DNA of 20,273 bases from a virus. Positions 19,670-20,273 of the stretch are shown here, piece after piece (position 1 is the first letter of the stretch; each line of letters begins with the position of its first letter). The DNA is taken from the IMG/VR virus record IMGVR_UViG_3300033074_002003. The stretch is one strand, 5' to 3'. The notes under the pieces were generated by a model that saw only the letters and a list, made by a program, of their open reading frames with translations, had not been told where the DNA came from and did no database searches. A program made the translations under genes and the position numbers.

Positions 19670-20273
19670 GTGTCTCTAGGCGTCGTCTGTCACTGGCTCG
19701 TCGAGCGATCCCGCCCGCGGTCTGCCCCCATCATGGTCAACGCGCTCGACGAGAAGAAGCTGATGCTCGGCGTCTACCGTGCGGGCGGTTACACTCGGCA
19801 GCGAATTGTCGACACATACGTCCACAACGCCGAGTCGCTCCTTGCGCTCCTGCGAGACCACGTTGTCCCGGCGGGCGTCCGGTGCTACAGAATCTCGTCG
19901 TCGCTCTTCCCACTCAGTGACCTCGTGGGCGACGCCATCTTTGACAAGCACCCGCGCGTTTGCAGCGCCCTCCAGAAAATCGGTCACCTCGCGCGCGAGC
20001 ACGGCCTGCGACTCACGATGCACCCGGGACAGTTCTGTGTCCTGTCATCCTCGCGCGAAGATGTCGTCCGGAATGCCGTCGCAGAGATCGAGCGTCACTC
20101 GTGGGTCTTCGATGCGATGGGCATGCCCGAGTCTCCGTACGCGGCCATCAACGTCCACGGCGGCGCACGAGACAGCGCGGACGCGCTCTGTCGCGGCATC
20201 GAGTTGCTGTCCAGTGCAGCGCGGTCACGCCTCACACTCGAAAATTGCGAGAGCGCGTACGGGATCGACGAGC
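19670..20273 (+). CDS. uvdE: UV-damage endonuclease (UvdE)-like TIM-barrel protein, 3'-truncated by the window end; not in the supplied ORF track
   Basis: Hand translation of the open frame from GTG 19670, with AAGGAG 5 nt upstream, or from ATG 19733. It gives ...YRISSSLFPL...RLTMHPGQFCVLSSSREDV...INVHGGA...LTLENCE. These match the UvdE blocks RFSSRLIPL, LSLHPDHFVVLNSP, HTGGA and FENDD. No stop before the window end. Confidence 0.5.
   Translation, partial: MSLGVVCHWLVERSRPRSAPIMVNALDEKKLMLGVYRAGGYTRQRIVDTYVHNAESLLALLRDHVVPAGVRCYRISSSLFPLSDLVGDAIFDKHPRVCSALQKIGHLAREHGLRLTMHPGQFCVLSSSREDVVRNAVAEIERHSWVFDAMGMPESPYAAINVHGGARDSADALCRGIELLSSAARSRLTLENCESAYGIDE

Noticed and set aside
1-20273. CRISPR array, integrase/transposase or IS element
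   Set aside because: There are no regularly spaced direct repeats, no tyrosine or serine recombinase or DDE transposase motifs, and no terminal inverted repeats flanking the AT-rich islands. The mobile content appears limited to free-standing homing endonuclease genes.

Overview
The window looks like a segment of a high-GC (about 60% by eye) bacteriophage genome, probably a large virulent phage. Nearly all genes are on the + strand, with tight or overlapping stop/start junctions such as ATGA and short Shine-Dalgarno motifs. Four things dominate. First, a dense array of tRNA genes: about 24 are supportable and all are on the + strand. They cover Gln, Ala, Pro, Thr, Gly, Leu, Asn, Arg, Ser, His and Cys, and include several C34 isoacceptors. 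There are also several atypical or degenerate tRNA-like elements. Second, AT-rich islands interrupt the GC-rich tRNA arrays and carry free-standing homing-endonuclease-like genes: two paralogous HNH genes, one GIY-YIG gene, and one PD-(D/E)xK/Vsr-like nuclease. These share a Cys-rich C-x2-C/CAR N-terminal module. Third, a tandem array of four diverged small zinc-ribbon paralogs. Fourth, a GC-rich, mostly translationally coupled block of + strand genes. It encodes a sigma-70-family factor that lacks region 4.2, an AT-hook protein, a minimal Hanks-type protein-kinase-like protein, an ATP-dependent DNA ligase, an HDAC-family deacetylase, and a UvdE-like endonuclease that runs off the 3' end and is absent from the supplied ORF track. 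It also encodes a thioredoxin, an S24-peptidase-like protein, a SLOG/DUF2493-like protein, and an HExxH protein. The only convincing minus-strand gene is a membrane-anchored coiled-coil protein wedged between tRNA genes. No CRISPR array, rRNA or integrase/transposase is visible. All tRNA folds were done by hand, so coordinates may be off by 1-3 nt and isotypes of the atypical ones are tentative.
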